64,000 bases of DNA from an uncultured Candidatus Saccharibacteria bacterium (GCA_964426555.1 CAYRQJ010000002.1:29556-93555); one strand, 5' to 3'. Shown: positions 49,943 through 61,556, counted from the stretch's first letter. Notes: a model not told the origin generated them from the sequence alone. Translations and numbers: made by a program.

Positions 49943-51163
49943 TTATTGTTTTACTATTTCTATTGCTTTATCTAGCTGGTTATCTAGTTTTGGATTTTTA
50001 TCATCATAAATTCGCTTTACTTCAACATCAGGTTTTATACCATTTTTATCTATGGCATCACCATTTGGAGTTAACCATTTTGCAATAGTTATTTTTAGAT
50101 TTGTTCCATTTTTCATTGGTAATAATTCTTGAACAGATCCTTTACCAAAACTTTTTACTCCAACTAATTTAGCTATTTTATTATCACGCAATGCTCCGGC
50201 TACAATTTCAGATGCTGAAGCAGAACCTGCATCAATTAACACAACGACATTAGATTTATTTTTAATTGTATTATAGCCATAACTAACGTGTACTTGTTTT
50301 TTAGAATTTTTAACAAAATCTTCACTAACAATTGTTTTACCTTTTGGTACAAAATAACTACTAATATCTACTGCAGCATCTAAATAACCACCTGGGTCTT
50401 CTCTTAAATCAATAATCAAATATGGTAAATTTGAATTATTGTATTCTTTAACAGCATTAGCAAATTCAGTTTTTACTTTTTCTCCAAAAGTATAAATATG
50501 GATTATAAATACACCATCTTTTATTTCAGTTTTAATTGTGGGCACCACAATAGTATCTCTAGTTACTTTAATACTTCTAGTTTCTTTTTCGCCACTACGA
50601 TATATTTCTAAATCAACAATAGTTCCTTTTTTACCACGAATTTTTGAAATAGCATTATCAATTGTCATATCAGCAGTAGAAATACCATCGATTTTTACTA
50701 TTTTATCTCCAGCTCTAATACCTGCAATTTGCGCAGGTGAATCTTTTAATGGAGCAATAATTGTTAAAATTTGATCTTTAGTACCAACTTCAGCCCCTAT
50801 TCCGTCAAAAGAACCCGAAATTGATTCATTGAATTCTTTTGCTTTCTGAGGTGGCATGAATTGTGTATACGGGTCACCCAGTGACGCAGCTAACCCTTCT
50901 ATGGCACCATAAATCATATCTTCGTCTTTTACATTTTTAACATAAATAGATTTTTCTTTTAAAGTATTCCAAACACTAAAAAATAAATCTAAATCGGTAT
51001 TTTTAACAGTAGCAGCTTCAGCAATATTTCTGTTACCAAAAGGAATATTTACAACTTTTTTTTGTGCAGCATAAACACCAAAAACAAAAGAAAAAACAGC
51101 AATGGATACAAATCCAAATACTAATACTAATTTTTTATAATGATTGTTATTTTGGTTATTCAT
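49943..51163 (-). CDS. ctpA: Carboxy-terminal processing protease (S41) with PDZ domain
   Basis: GSASASEIVAGALRDNKIAKLVGVKSFGKGSVQ (catalytic Ser/Lys region), PDZ segment, N-terminal TM anchor. Confidence 0.85.
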   Translation of the reverse strand: MNNQNNNHYKKLVLVFGFVSIAVFSFVFGVYAAQKKVVNIPFGNRNIAEAATVKNTDLDLFFSVWNTLKEKSIYVKNVKDEDMIYGAIEGLAASLGDPYTQFMPPQKAKEFNESISGSFDGIGAEVGTKDQILTIIAPLKDSPAQIAGIRAGDKIVKIDGISTADMTIDNAISKIRGKKGTIVDLEIYRSGEKETRSIKVTRDTIVVPTIKTEIKDGVFIIHIYTFGEKVKTEFANAVKEYNNSNLPYLIIDLREDPGGYLDAAVDISSYFVPKGKTIVSEDFVKNSKKQVHVSYGYNTIKNKSNVVVLIDAGSASASEIVAGALRDNKIAKLVGVKSFGKGSVQELLPMKNGTNLKITIAKWLTPNGDAIDKNGIKPDVEVKRIYDDKNPKLDNQLDKAIEIVKQ

Positions 51164-51671
51164 TACTGTTTTCTAAACTATCAAACGAAATTGCTTTTAT
51201 TGTTTTCTTGGGTCTTTGGGAAACTATTTCTAATTTTCTTTTTGGTTTTATAACTTTGGGTTTATCTTCTTCAGAATAAATATTTATTCTTTCAATCTTT
51301 TCTTGGACTAATACAGGTTCTTCTTTTGGTATACTATTAACAATTTCAGAATTAAAAGATGCAAAGCTACTTTCGTTAGAAGAAGATACATTGCTAAGTT
51401 GTGTTTCATTTTTATAAGTATCTAAAATAATTTCAGGTTCTGTATAAATATGATTATTTATGGGTTCAGTTGAAGATGTAACCTTTGGACTATTGTCTAT
51501 ATGTGTTTTTTTATGTATATTTTTAGCTTCACCATAATGCTTGTTGCCTATATAAAGTAGCAGTAAACCAGTTAAAGAAAAAAGTACTGTTTTTGTGTCC
51601 CAAGAAAACCCAAGCCAAGGCATAACTAATGCCCAAAGCCCAATATAAGATATAATTCTTTTTGATTTCAT
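51156..51671 (-). CDS. Hypothetical membrane protein
   Basis: Two N-terminal TM helices, then a low-complexity tail. Confidence 0.35.
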   Translation of the reverse strand: MKSKRIISYIGLWALVMPWLGFSWDTKTVLFSLTGLLLLYIGNKHYGEAKNIHKKTHIDNSPKVTSSTEPINNHIYTEPEIILDTYKNETQLSNVSSSNESSFASFNSEIVNSIPKEEPVLVQEKIERINIYSEEDKPKVIKPKRKLEIVSQRPKKTIKAISFDSLENSNE

Positions 51672-51707
51672 AGATACTATTTTACCATATTTACCAAACG
51701 GTTTCTA

Positions 51708-52883
51708 CTAGTCTGTAACTTTAACCAAAGCGTCAGTAGTATATTTATTTTTAGGATCCCATAGTAACCATGAATGTAACCCCAAATCTTCTAATGCTTT
51801 TATTTGCTCTCTTACCATGTGTGTATCATAATTTACACCATCTAATGAGAAATCTTGAAGCCATGGACGAATTTCGGTATTAGAATTTATTAATTCTCTT
51901 CTTTTTATTGCATCTTGCATTGAAAGACTGACTGTTTCGTATGGACTATTAACTGGAGATTTAATATTTTTATAACCAGCGTAAAAATGGCTTGGGTATA
52001 TCATAGGAGCAATGGCATTAGAATATAATAATAAATCTTCATAATACTGCCCTATTCCCATATCATCTTGTGTTGATACTATTTGCCCAAACACGTCTAA
52101 AGATATTGGAATATTTTTTGCAGATAATTCTGTATACATATGTTTACTAAAATTTGTAATTACTGTTTGTTTACTTTCATTTTTAGATATAGGAAAAATT
52201 TTATCTTTACTACCATCAGTTGGAAAACGAATATAATCAAAATTTATTTCATCAAATCCAATATCATATGCTTCATTAGCAAGATCAAGAATATATTTAT
52301 GGAATTCAGGACTACTAGCATCAACCCAAGATAATCCGTGCCGGTCTACCCAAAGACTTCCATTAGGATTTTGTACAGATAAATTTTTATGATTTTTAGA
52401 ATACACAGGGTCTTCAAATACAGCAATTCGCGCAATAGCATATATACCTTTACTGTGTAATTCTTCTATATACTGCGGCAAATCAACTACTCGTTTTGAT
52501 GCAGCATTTTTTCTATCTATACTGGCATTCTCTCCTGCTGGAGTAGATACAACACCTGTTGAATCTTTAAAGTCTATAACTATCGCATTTATTTCTGTAT
52601 CATCAGCTAATTTTGTTAATCTGTCTCGTATAGATTTAGTCCCAGCAACCCAAGAAGACATATAAATACCTTTTATGTGTTCAGGTTTTGCAATGTGAAT
52701 TTCTTTTTTAGTTTCTTCTTTTGTTTCATTTTTTTCTTTGTTTAAAATATTGACTTGATTAAAATCAAAAGTAAAAAAATTCTCAACAGTTTTAGAATTT
52801 GTAATAGATATATTTATTACAAACAAAGCCAAAGAAATAAATCCTAGGACAAAAACAGTAACACGTAATATTTTTCTAAGCAT
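51708..52883 (-). CDS. Putative glycoside-hydrolase-like TIM-barrel protein (COG1306/DUF4015-like)
   Basis: TM anchor, then GIYMSSWVAG...INAIVIDFKD...FDEINFDYIRFPTDG pattern of this family. Confidence 0.45.
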   Translation of the reverse strand: MLRKILRVTVFVLGFISLALFVINISITNSKTVENFFTFDFNQVNILNKEKNETKEETKKEIHIAKPEHIKGIYMSSWVAGTKSIRDRLTKLADDTEINAIVIDFKDSTGVVSTPAGENASIDRKNAASKRVVDLPQYIEELHSKGIYAIARIAVFEDPVYSKNHKNLSVQNPNGSLWVDRHGLSWVDASSPEFHKYILDLANEAYDIGFDEINFDYIRFPTDGSKDKIFPISKNESKQTVITNFSKHMYTELSAKNIPISLDVFGQIVSTQDDMGIGQYYEDLLLYSNAIAPMIYPSHFYAGYKNIKSPVNSPYETVSLSMQDAIKRRELINSNTEIRPWLQDFSLDGVNYDTHMVREQIKALEDLGLHSWLLWDPKNKYTTDALVKVTD

Positions 52884-53562
52884 AAATTATTATAGTAAAT
52901 TCACCTTTTAATTCTTTTTTATCTAATTCAATTTTTTCTAAATGCTCCACTGCAGTTAGTACACGGATTGTTTCAAACATTTTTGTAACTTCACGAGCTA
53001 CCATTATCTTTGCATCTGGGGCATTATCTTTATACCAATTTAATGTATGTAATATTCTGTGGCATGATTCATAAAATACACACGGTATTTCAGAATTTAT
53101 AGTTTTATTAAAAAAAGTCTCTCGGCCTTTTTTATGCGGAACAAACCCCATAAAAGTAAAGCTATTCCCCATCATTCCAGATACTGATACAGCAGAAATT
53201 ACCGCACTAGCTCCTGGTATTGGAACTATTTTTATTTCTTTATAATTTTCTATTATGTGGTTTATAATTAGTGACCCAGGGTCGGAAATTCCTGGTGTAC
53301 CAGCATCACTAACTAAAGCAACATCCAGCCCGTCTAAAAGTAAATTTACAATATTATCATGAGTTTTTTTACTTGCATGAGCATTATAAGTAGCAGTTTT
53401 AGTTTTTATATTATATTTTTTTGCAATTTTACCGAATTCTCTGGTATCTTCTGCATAAATGTATTGAACACTGGATAGTATCTCCACAGCACGATAAGTA
53501 ATGTCCCCCATGTTACCAATAGGTGTTGCAACTACATATAACGTACCCGGATTTTCGTTCAT
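52876..53562 (-). CDS. rsmI: 16S rRNA (cytidine1402-2'-O)-methyltransferase RsmI
   Basis: GTLYVVATPIGNMGDITYRAVEILSSVQYIYAEDTR is the tetrapyrrole-methylase fold N-terminus. Confidence 0.85.
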   Translation of the reverse strand: MNENPGTLYVVATPIGNMGDITYRAVEILSSVQYIYAEDTREFGKIAKKYNIKTKTATYNAHASKKTHDNIVNLLLDGLDVALVSDAGTPGISDPGSLIINHIIENYKEIKIVPIPGASAVISAVSVSGMMGNSFTFMGFVPHKKGRETFFNKTINSEIPCVFYESCHRILHTLNWYKDNAPDAKIMVAREVTKMFETIRVLTAVEHLEKIELDKKELKGEFTIIIYA

Positions 53563-53679
53563 CCCGTTAGAAACAGATCGCGATCAGTACGCGGTCTTGT
53601 TTATTTATTCTTTTAATGTTGATTAAATGTATTTTCATATTTATGTTTTTTATTATTGCGATCGCGGTTTCTAACGGGA
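53563..53679 (-). repeat. Structured leader cassette, copy C (precedes rsmI)
   Basis: Arms cccgttagaaacagatcgcgatc and gcgatcgcggtttctaacggga on plus. Confidence 0.7.
53567..53638 (-). CDS. Putative leader peptide (uORF) MKIHLINIKRINKQDRVLIAICF
   Basis: Stop TAA lies 4 nt before the rsmI ATG. Confidence 0.35.
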   Translation of the reverse strand: MKIHLINIKRINKQDRVLIAICF

Positions 53680-53690
53680 CAGGTATAACC

Positions 53691-54593
53691 TTAGATATTT
53701 ACTAAATTCTTTTGATGTAAAATTCTACATTCTTCTTTACAGTATGCGCTGTGTTCTTCGACACATTCCGGGCAACCTAGAAATTGTTGATGGCAAAATG
53801 GATACGCGCAGTCAAAATAATTTTCTGTTTTATCTTTACAATAATGACATATTCCAATTACAGTATGTTTATCCATATCATCAAAAGTTACAGTTTTTCT
53901 TTGGTCAAAAACATAAAGAGAACCTTTGAATTCTTTATTAGGAAATTCTTTCATATATGTAACCATTCCATTGTGAAGCTGAGCTACATCTTTAAAACCT
54001 TGAGACAGTAAAAATCCACTGGCTTTCTCACATCTCACTCCACCAGTACAAACTGTTACAACTTTTTTTTCTTTAAGATGTTCAATCTCTTTTACTCGTT
54101 CACGTAAATCTCGAAAATTCTTAAGTCCAGGAAAAACTGTTTTTGTAAATTTGCCAACTTCTAGTTCGTAATCGTTACGCATATCGACAATGTAGAATTC
54201 TTCTCCATTTTCGTACATTTTATCCAGTTCGGCTGCTTTTAGTCTTTTACCAGTTATTTTGTGTGGATCAATATCTCGATTATCATCGACTAAATGTAGT
54301 GATACAATTTCTGTGCGGACTTTTACAGAAAGTCGTGGAAAAGCATTACCAATACCAGTAGACTTTTTCCAGTCAATATTTCTAAACTTTTTTTCAGTTT
54401 CCATCCATTTAATATATTTTTCACAGTCTTCGGTTTTACCTTCAACTGTTCCATTTATGCCTTCATTTGCCACTATAATGCGCCCAGTTAACCCCAAAGC
54501 CTCGCAAGCTATCATTTGACGCTGTTTTTCCAACTCGGGTTCCTTAATCCGGACATATTTATAATATAAGAGTATTGTATATTCACTATTCAT
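53691..54593 (-). CDS. trhO: Rhodanese-domain tRNA uridine(34) hydroxylase TrhO (UPF0176) with Cys-rich C-terminal extension
   Basis: VCTGGVRCEKASGFL (rhodanese active-site Cys loop). C-terminal CHYC...CAYPFC...CPEC...C. Confidence 0.75.
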   Translation of the reverse strand: MNSEYTILLYYKYVRIKEPELEKQRQMIACEALGLTGRIIVANEGINGTVEGKTEDCEKYIKWMETEKKFRNIDWKKSTGIGNAFPRLSVKVRTEIVSLHLVDDNRDIDPHKITGKRLKAAELDKMYENGEEFYIVDMRNDYELEVGKFTKTVFPGLKNFRDLRERVKEIEHLKEKKVVTVCTGGVRCEKASGFLLSQGFKDVAQLHNGMVTYMKEFPNKEFKGSLYVFDQRKTVTFDDMDKHTVIGICHYCKDKTENYFDCAYPFCHQQFLGCPECVEEHSAYCKEECRILHQKNLVNI

Positions 54594-54635
54594 ACGTAAC
54601 TACTATAGCAAATTATGGCTATTTTTCAAACAAAT

Positions 54636-54670
54636 AAAAAATCCCCGCATAGAATTGCGGGGATTTTTTG
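54636..54670 (-). terminator. Intrinsic terminator at the end of the atp operon
   Basis: aaaaaatccccgcatagaattgcggggatttttt: 9-bp GC-rich stem with T-tracts on both strands. Confidence 0.75.
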
Positions 54671-54684
54671 TGTAGATTATTATT

Positions 54685-55092
54685 TTAAAGACCACGTCTT
54701 TTTGCAGTTTTGATACGAGCAAGATTTCTCTCAAGTGAACTTTGGAATCTAGCAAAATCAATATCTGAAAGAGTAGATTTTTGTTCCATAGCAACTCTAG
54801 CTCTTTCGTATGCTTCTTCTGCTTGAGCAAGATCAATTTCTTCAGCTATTTCTGAATGAGTAACAAGTAATGTAACACTATTGTCTCCACCAATTTGTAA
54901 AACTCCTCTAGTTACAGCAAAATAATTATCTTTACCGTCTAGTCGTAAAGTTAAAATGCCTGGCTTTGCTAAAGTTACTAACTCTGTATGATGTGGCAAT
55001 ATTGTAATTTCACCAGATTCTGTAGGAATACTTATTGAATCTGCAAAAGACTGATACACAACTTTTTCTGGTGTAACAATACGTAGACTCAT
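54685..55092 (-). CDS. atpC: ATP synthase F1 epsilon subunit
   Basis: MSLRIVTPEKVVYQSFADSISIPTESGEITILPHH. Start chosen after the aaggaa SD. Confidence 0.85.
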   Translation of the reverse strand: MSLRIVTPEKVVYQSFADSISIPTESGEITILPHHTELVTLAKPGILTLRLDGKDNYFAVTRGVLQIGGDNSVTLLVTHSEIAEEIDLAQAEEAYERARVAMEQKSTLSDIDFARFQSSLERNLARIKTAKRRGL

Positions 55093-55122
55093 TTTATTAT
55101 TTCCTTGAAAATCCATATAATA

Positions 55123-56532
<1,410 letters not shown>

Positions 56533-57444
56533 TTAATCTACTTGTAATGCGCTGGCTCCACCAACAATTTCACTAATTTCCTGAGTAATCGCACTTTGTC
56601 GAGCATTATTATACGTCAACTGTAAATCATCAAGCAAATCAGAAGCGTTATCTCCGGCATTTTTCATGGCAAACATACGAGCACTGTGTTCTGAAGCATG
56701 AGATTCGGCAAGAGCTTGATAAAGAGTAGTTGTAACCATAGAAGGTAAAATTGCATCTAATATTGCAGAGAGAGACGGTTCAAATGTTGTGTTTGAGAAA
56801 TCATATTCGGTATGAGATTCTCTAGAATTTTGGTCTCCAATTGTATCAACAATATTTGTGAATAAGTCCATAGAAGCTGGCAGTAATTTTGTATAAATTG
56901 GTTTATACATAGTTGTTTTAATAAACTCGGTATAACACATATAGACATTATCGTATTCGGCTTCAAGAAACTTTTTTTGAATCATCTTCGATATAACTTC
57001 TAAAGATTCATTATTTGATGATTCATTAAACTCTACAAAACTAGCAATTATTTTATATTTAAGCTTATTTGCTATTTTTTCAGCATATTTCCCTATCGTA
57101 ATAACATGTACTTCGTCTTTTGTGTTTTTTAAAGATGAAGATAACATTTTAAATAAATTAACATGATATCCTCCACATAATCCTTTATTTCCACCATAAA
57201 GTACAACTAAGATTTTACCTACTTTGGTTTCTTTCTCTGACATTAGAGAATGTGTACCAGGTGCCATTTTTTGTAAATATGCAACCAACTTTAGACCAAG
57301 TATGGCATATGTTCTGGAACCAAGAGTTCGTATTGTTGATTTTCTCATTTTTGATACAGAAACCATTTCCATAGTTTTTGTTATCTTTTTGATATTTGCA
57401 ACAGACTTTATCTTTTGTTTAATAATTTTAGATTGTACAGGCAT
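56533..57444 (-). CDS. atpG: ATP synthase F1 gamma subunit
   Basis: N- and C-terminal coiled-coil helices (IKQKIKSVANIKKITKTMEMVSVSK ... ITQEISEIVGGA). Confidence 0.85.
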   Translation of the reverse strand: MPVQSKIIKQKIKSVANIKKITKTMEMVSVSKMRKSTIRTLGSRTYAILGLKLVAYLQKMAPGTHSLMSEKETKVGKILVVLYGGNKGLCGGYHVNLFKMLSSSLKNTKDEVHVITIGKYAEKIANKLKYKIIASFVEFNESSNNESLEVISKMIQKKFLEAEYDNVYMCYTEFIKTTMYKPIYTKLLPASMDLFTNIVDTIGDQNSRESHTEYDFSNTTFEPSLSAILDAILPSMVTTTLYQALAESHASEHSARMFAMKNAGDNASDLLDDLQLTYNNARQSAITQEISEIVGGASALQVD

Positions 57445-57453
57445 AGTATAATA

Positions 57454-58947
57454 TTATGAAATAATTTCTGTAGCATCTTTTAAAGCAACAGCAAGAGAAG
57501 CTTCTATGTCATCATTCCAATTTTTTTCCAAATCTTTCAATAATGTTCCATAACTATTTTTCATATAAGTAAGAAAAGCTTCTTGTTTTTCTTTTATAGC
57601 TGAAACATCAAAAGAATCAAAGAACCCATTATTAGCTGCAAAAATAACAGCAACTTGTTCTCCTACTGGCATTGGTGCATATTGAACTTGTTTTAAAAGT
57701 TCAGTAATTCTTTTTCCGCGGTTAAGTTGTTTTTTTGTTTCTGGATCAAGGTCTGAATCAAATTGAGCAAAACTTTCTAATTCACGATACTGCGCCATAG
57801 CTAATTTTAGTTTACCTGCTGTTTTTTTCATTGGCTTTGTTTGAGCACTAGAACCAACACGAGAAACAGATAATCCAACGTTAATCGCAGGACGAATACC
57901 TTTGTAGAAAAGCCCTGATTCAAGAAAGATTTGTCCATCTGTAATTGAAATAACGTTTGTAGGAACATAAGCAGAAATATCTCCAGCTTGAGTTTCAATA
58001 ATTGGCAACGCTGTTATAGAACCACCTCCCGCTTCAATGTTGCGACGACATGCTCTTTCAAGTAAACGAGAATGCAAATAAAACACATCCCCCGGATACG
58101 CTTCACGGCCTGGTGGACGACGTAATAGCAATGAAATTTCACGATACGCTACAGCGTGTTTTGATAAATCATCATATACAATTAATACATCGTTACCTTT
58201 GTCCATGTAGTATTCAGCAATTGCAACACCCACATATGGTGCCAAATAAGAATAAGCTGGACCTTCGGCAGCACCTGCTGCAACAATTGTTGTGTATTCC
58301 ATTGCTCCAGACTTACGCAAGATTTCAATAGTTCTAGCAATTTTAGATTGTTTTTGTCCAATGGCTACATATACACAAAGCATATTTTGGCCACGCTGGT
58401 TTATTATTGTGTCTATAGCAACAGCACTTTTACCTGTTTGGCGGTCACCAATAATTAGCTCACGTTGACCACGACCAATTGGGATCATAGCATCAATTGC
58501 AAGAATTCCAGTTTGTACAGGTTGATCAACACCTTGACGATCCATAACACCTGGAGCTGTTTTTTCTACAGGATAATAATCTTTTGTAATTACAGCTTTA
58601 CCACCATCAACAGTTTCTCCGATTGGGTTAACAACGCGTCCAACCAAATCCATAGAGACAGGAATAGAAAGTATTCTTTTTGTACGTAAAACTTGATCTC
58701 CTTCTTTTAAAGAAGTATAATCTCCTAAAATAATTACTCCGATTGAATCTTCTTCCAGGTTAAGAGCGATACCAAAAATTCCATTTGGAAATGATAGCAT
58801 TTCATTTGATTGACATCCTGGCAAACCAGAGACACGAGCAATACCGTCAGTAATAGAAAGTATATTCCCGTATTCTTCTGTAGAAATTGAAATATCAAAA
58901 TTTTTGATATTTTCTTGTATGTTTTGTATTAGTGAATCTATTTTCAT
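57454..58947 (-). CDS. atpA: ATP synthase F1 alpha subunit
   Basis: GDRQTGKSAVAIDTIINQ, classic alpha sequence. Confidence 0.95.
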   Translation of the reverse strand: MKIDSLIQNIQENIKNFDISISTEEYGNILSITDGIARVSGLPGCQSNEMLSFPNGIFGIALNLEEDSIGVIILGDYTSLKEGDQVLRTKRILSIPVSMDLVGRVVNPIGETVDGGKAVITKDYYPVEKTAPGVMDRQGVDQPVQTGILAIDAMIPIGRGQRELIIGDRQTGKSAVAIDTIINQRGQNMLCVYVAIGQKQSKIARTIEILRKSGAMEYTTIVAAGAAEGPAYSYLAPYVGVAIAEYYMDKGNDVLIVYDDLSKHAVAYREISLLLRRPPGREAYPGDVFYLHSRLLERACRRNIEAGGGSITALPIIETQAGDISAYVPTNVISITDGQIFLESGLFYKGIRPAINVGLSVSRVGSSAQTKPMKKTAGKLKLAMAQYRELESFAQFDSDLDPETKKQLNRGKRITELLKQVQYAPMPVGEQVAVIFAANNGFFDSFDVSAIKEKQEAFLTYMKNSYGTLLKDLEKNWNDDIEASLAVALKDATEIIS

Positions 58948-58948
58948 A

Positions 58949-59344
58949 TTATGCAGTTAAATTTTCTTCTAATTTGTTGAGCATGCTTTTGATAGACGCA
59001 TCGTATATGGTACCATTTTGTTTTAAAACAAAACCCCCAAGAAGTGAAGAATCAACAAAAGACTCTATATGAACTTCTCCTGCACCTTCTTTAAGAAAAC
59101 CTTTTACTAAATTATTCATAGTTTCTTTACTTAGTTCATGAGAACTAGTTAAATGACATTCACGTAAGACTGTATCTTTTTCTTGAATTCTTTTTAAATG
59201 AGAAAGAATCTTAGGTAAAGAAGATACCATATGGTGTCTTTTTAAAAAAGAAGTAAGAGATTGTGCCATTTCTTGTGCATCTTTTCCATTATGCGCAATA
59301 TGATGTGCATATAAAGATTCAGCGATTGTGCGAGATTTAATCAT
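58949..59344 (-). CDS. atpH: ATP synthase F1 delta subunit (short, 131 aa)
   Basis: Position between atpF and atpA. OSCP-like helical sequence. Confidence 0.65.
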   Translation of the reverse strand: MIKSRTIAESLYAHHIAHNGKDAQEMAQSLTSFLKRHHMVSSLPKILSHLKRIQEKDTVLRECHLTSSHELSKETMNNLVKGFLKEGAGEVHIESFVDSSLLGGFVLKQNGTIYDASIKSMLNKLEENLTA

Positions 59345-59347
59345 ACT

Positions 59348-59845
59348 TTATGAATTTTTCTTACTAATACCCGCAGTGAATCGTTCATTATCTTCTTTTG
59401 TAAATCCAGTAGAAAGAATTTTTTCTAGACTATTTTTTATTAAAATAGCTGTTTCTTTTTGGATATTTGCAGTCATTTCATCTTTTTCTCTGGCTAATTC
59501 CTTTTTCCCTGATTCTAAAATCTGCTCTTTTTGTATTTGAGCTTCTTGTGAAGACGCGTCAATGATACTTTTAGATTTTTCTTCTGCGGAACTCAAAAGA
59601 TCACGAACTGTATTTTGAGTTTCAGTAAGTATTTCTGATTTTTTAGATTCTGCTTCTAAAAGCTTTTTCTCTGCGCGTTCGGCCTTGTTAAGACCTTCGC
59701 GTATTTTGCCATCTCGAACTCTCATCATTTTCATAAGAGGTTTACCAAGAACAAAATAAACAAGCACAAGCACAATTGCAAAGTTAATTACTTGAGCAAT
59801 AATAAGTTTTAGATCGATGTGAAAAGTTGAAATGATTGCATCCAT
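59348..59845 (-). CDS. atpF: ATP synthase Fo subunit b
   Basis: N-terminal TM helix, then a long charged coiled coil. Confidence 0.75.
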   Translation of the reverse strand: MDAIISTFHIDLKLIIAQVINFAIVLVLVYFVLGKPLMKMMRVRDGKIREGLNKAERAEKKLLEAESKKSEILTETQNTVRDLLSSAEEKSKSIIDASSQEAQIQKEQILESGKKELAREKDEMTANIQKETAILIKNSLEKILSTGFTKEDNERFTAGISKKNS

Positions 59846-59880
59846 AAGGAAAGTTTACGTTAAAAGATAATAATAAAATA

Positions 59881-60111
<231 letters not shown>

Positions 60112-60127
60112 TTAATAAATAATAATA

Positions 60128-61072
60128 CTACACCGAGCTTGGCACATTTTCGTGTGCTAAATGTTTTTCATCATGAGATTCTGACTCGTGAGAGTCATGT
60201 TCATCATGGTCGGTTGCTTGAATTGAGAAATAAACAGTAGTGAGCATTGAAAAAATAAATGCTTGTATAATACCAACAAAGAATTCCAAGAAAAGGAAAG
60301 GTATAGGTAAGAAGAATGCAAGCAAAGCGCTCATTGAAGCAAGTAACACTTCTCCGGCAAATACATTACCATACAAACGGAAAGAAAGTGATGCTACTTT
60401 TGCTATTTCACCAACAGCTTCTAATGCTCCAACAAAAAAATGAATTGGTGCAACAACTAATATTGTTGGATCTTTTAAAAAGTGTCTCATTTTTAATAGT
60501 TCACCAATTTTTATATATTTGTTTATTCCCTTCCATAAACCAAGAACTACTATACCGAAAATATTAGAAGCAATAACAGTAAATATAGCAATTGCTAATG
60601 TTGTATTAATATCTGCAGTTGCTCCGCGAAGCATCGGTATAAATACATTGTGCCCATCATGATTTACAATATGTCCAAATGCTCCCACACCTGGCAATAT
60701 TCCAACCCAGTTATTAATAAGAACAAACATAAACAAAGAAAAAGATATTGGAAATATTTTTAAAGAAAGTTTTCTTGAGCCAGTTACTTGGTCACATAGA
60801 TTTAATGCGCCATCTATTATAAGTTCAAAAAAATTCTGAACTTTACCAGGTATTAATCTAAGTTTTCTTATTCTAACAAACAGAACAATCAATAAAACAA
60901 AACCTACAGCAACCCAGCTTGTCAAAAGCGAATTTGTAACAGTAAAACTACCAATATTAAAAATTGGTTCTGCATACAATGTTGCTTCATGGCTAACATT
61001 TTCAGTAGCGGTAGAAGCATGATTATCTTCTACAGTTTCAGTATTATGATTTAAATTATTTTCTTGACTCAT
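60128..61072 (-). CDS. atpB: ATP synthase Fo subunit a, with His/Asp/Glu-rich C-terminal tail
   Basis: LSFRLYGNVFAGEVLL (essential Arg helix). C-terminal HDEHDSHESESHDEKHLAHE. Confidence 0.85.
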   Translation of the reverse strand: MSQENNLNHNTETVEDNHASTATENVSHEATLYAEPIFNIGSFTVTNSLLTSWVAVGFVLLIVLFVRIRKLRLIPGKVQNFFELIIDGALNLCDQVTGSRKLSLKIFPISFSLFMFVLINNWVGILPGVGAFGHIVNHDGHNVFIPMLRGATADINTTLAIAIFTVIASNIFGIVVLGLWKGINKYIKIGELLKMRHFLKDPTILVVAPIHFFVGALEAVGEIAKVASLSFRLYGNVFAGEVLLASMSALLAFFLPIPFLFLEFFVGIIQAFIFSMLTTVYFSIQATDHDEHDSHESESHDEKHLAHENVPSSV

Positions 61073-61077
61073 GTAAA

Positions 61078-61416
61078 TTAATTATTCTTAGTATCTGTAT
61101 CTTCTAAATGTATATTATGGTAAGACAGTTCTCTGATTGACTGCACATCATTTTCTTTTTTGTTTTTTTCTTCATTTTCACTATTTACTAAAGATTTTAC
61201 ATATTTTTTTGATTCTTTAATAAGTCCATAGAAAGAAAAAATTACAGAACCAATCACACATATTAAAAATACATATTGTGGTGCGTGGATTTTATCAACA
61301 AGAAAATTTCCTAAGAAAAAACCACATAAAACAGGAAATGCAATCCAACCAGAAAGACTTAAACCAAATCCTAATTGCTGGGTCATTAGACCTTGCTGTT
61401 TTTGTTTTTTACTCAT
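61078..61416 (-). CDS. AtpZ/AtpI-like small membrane protein preceding the atp operon
   Basis: Two TM helices, GFGLSLSGWIAFPVLCGFFLGNFLVDK. The track start (61437) would abut the tRNA, so an internal Met (MSKKQKQQ) is used. Confidence 0.5.
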   Translation of the reverse strand: MSKKQKQQGLMTQQLGFGLSLSGWIAFPVLCGFFLGNFLVDKIHAPQYVFLICVIGSVIFSFYGLIKESKKYVKSLVNSENEEKNKKENDVQSIRELSYHNIHLEDTDTKNN

Positions 61417-61438
61417 GTTGATTTTTTTATCATCCATG

Positions 61439-61510
61439 TGCGTGTACTTGGAATCGGACCAAGGGCCTCTGTCTTATCAGGACAGCGTTCTACCACTGAA
61501 CTATACACGC
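61439..61510 (-). tRNA. tRNA-Ile (anticodon GAT)
   Basis: Minus-strand GCGTGTA-TA-GTTC-AGTGGTA-GAAC-G-CTGTC-CTGATAA-GACAG-AGGCC-CTTGG-TCCGATT-CCAAG-TACACGC-A. Perfect 7-bp acceptor stem, 4-bp D stem, 5-bp anticodon stem with U33 and A37, 5-bp T stem. T-loop has C at position 55. No encoded CCA. Confidence 0.75.
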
Positions 61511-61556
61511 AACTACAAATAAAATTTCGCCAGTAGAATTTCCACTAAGCGCCTAG

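Noticed and set aside
4671-53679. The inverted-repeat elements as CRISPR repeats or as classical MITEs
   Set aside because: There is no regular repeat-spacer periodicity and only single units per locus, so they are not CRISPR. The MITE idea is less favoured because all three copies sit in the same orientation with their 3' arm exactly abutting a start codon, and they carry a conserved small ORF. It is kept as an alternative in the findings.
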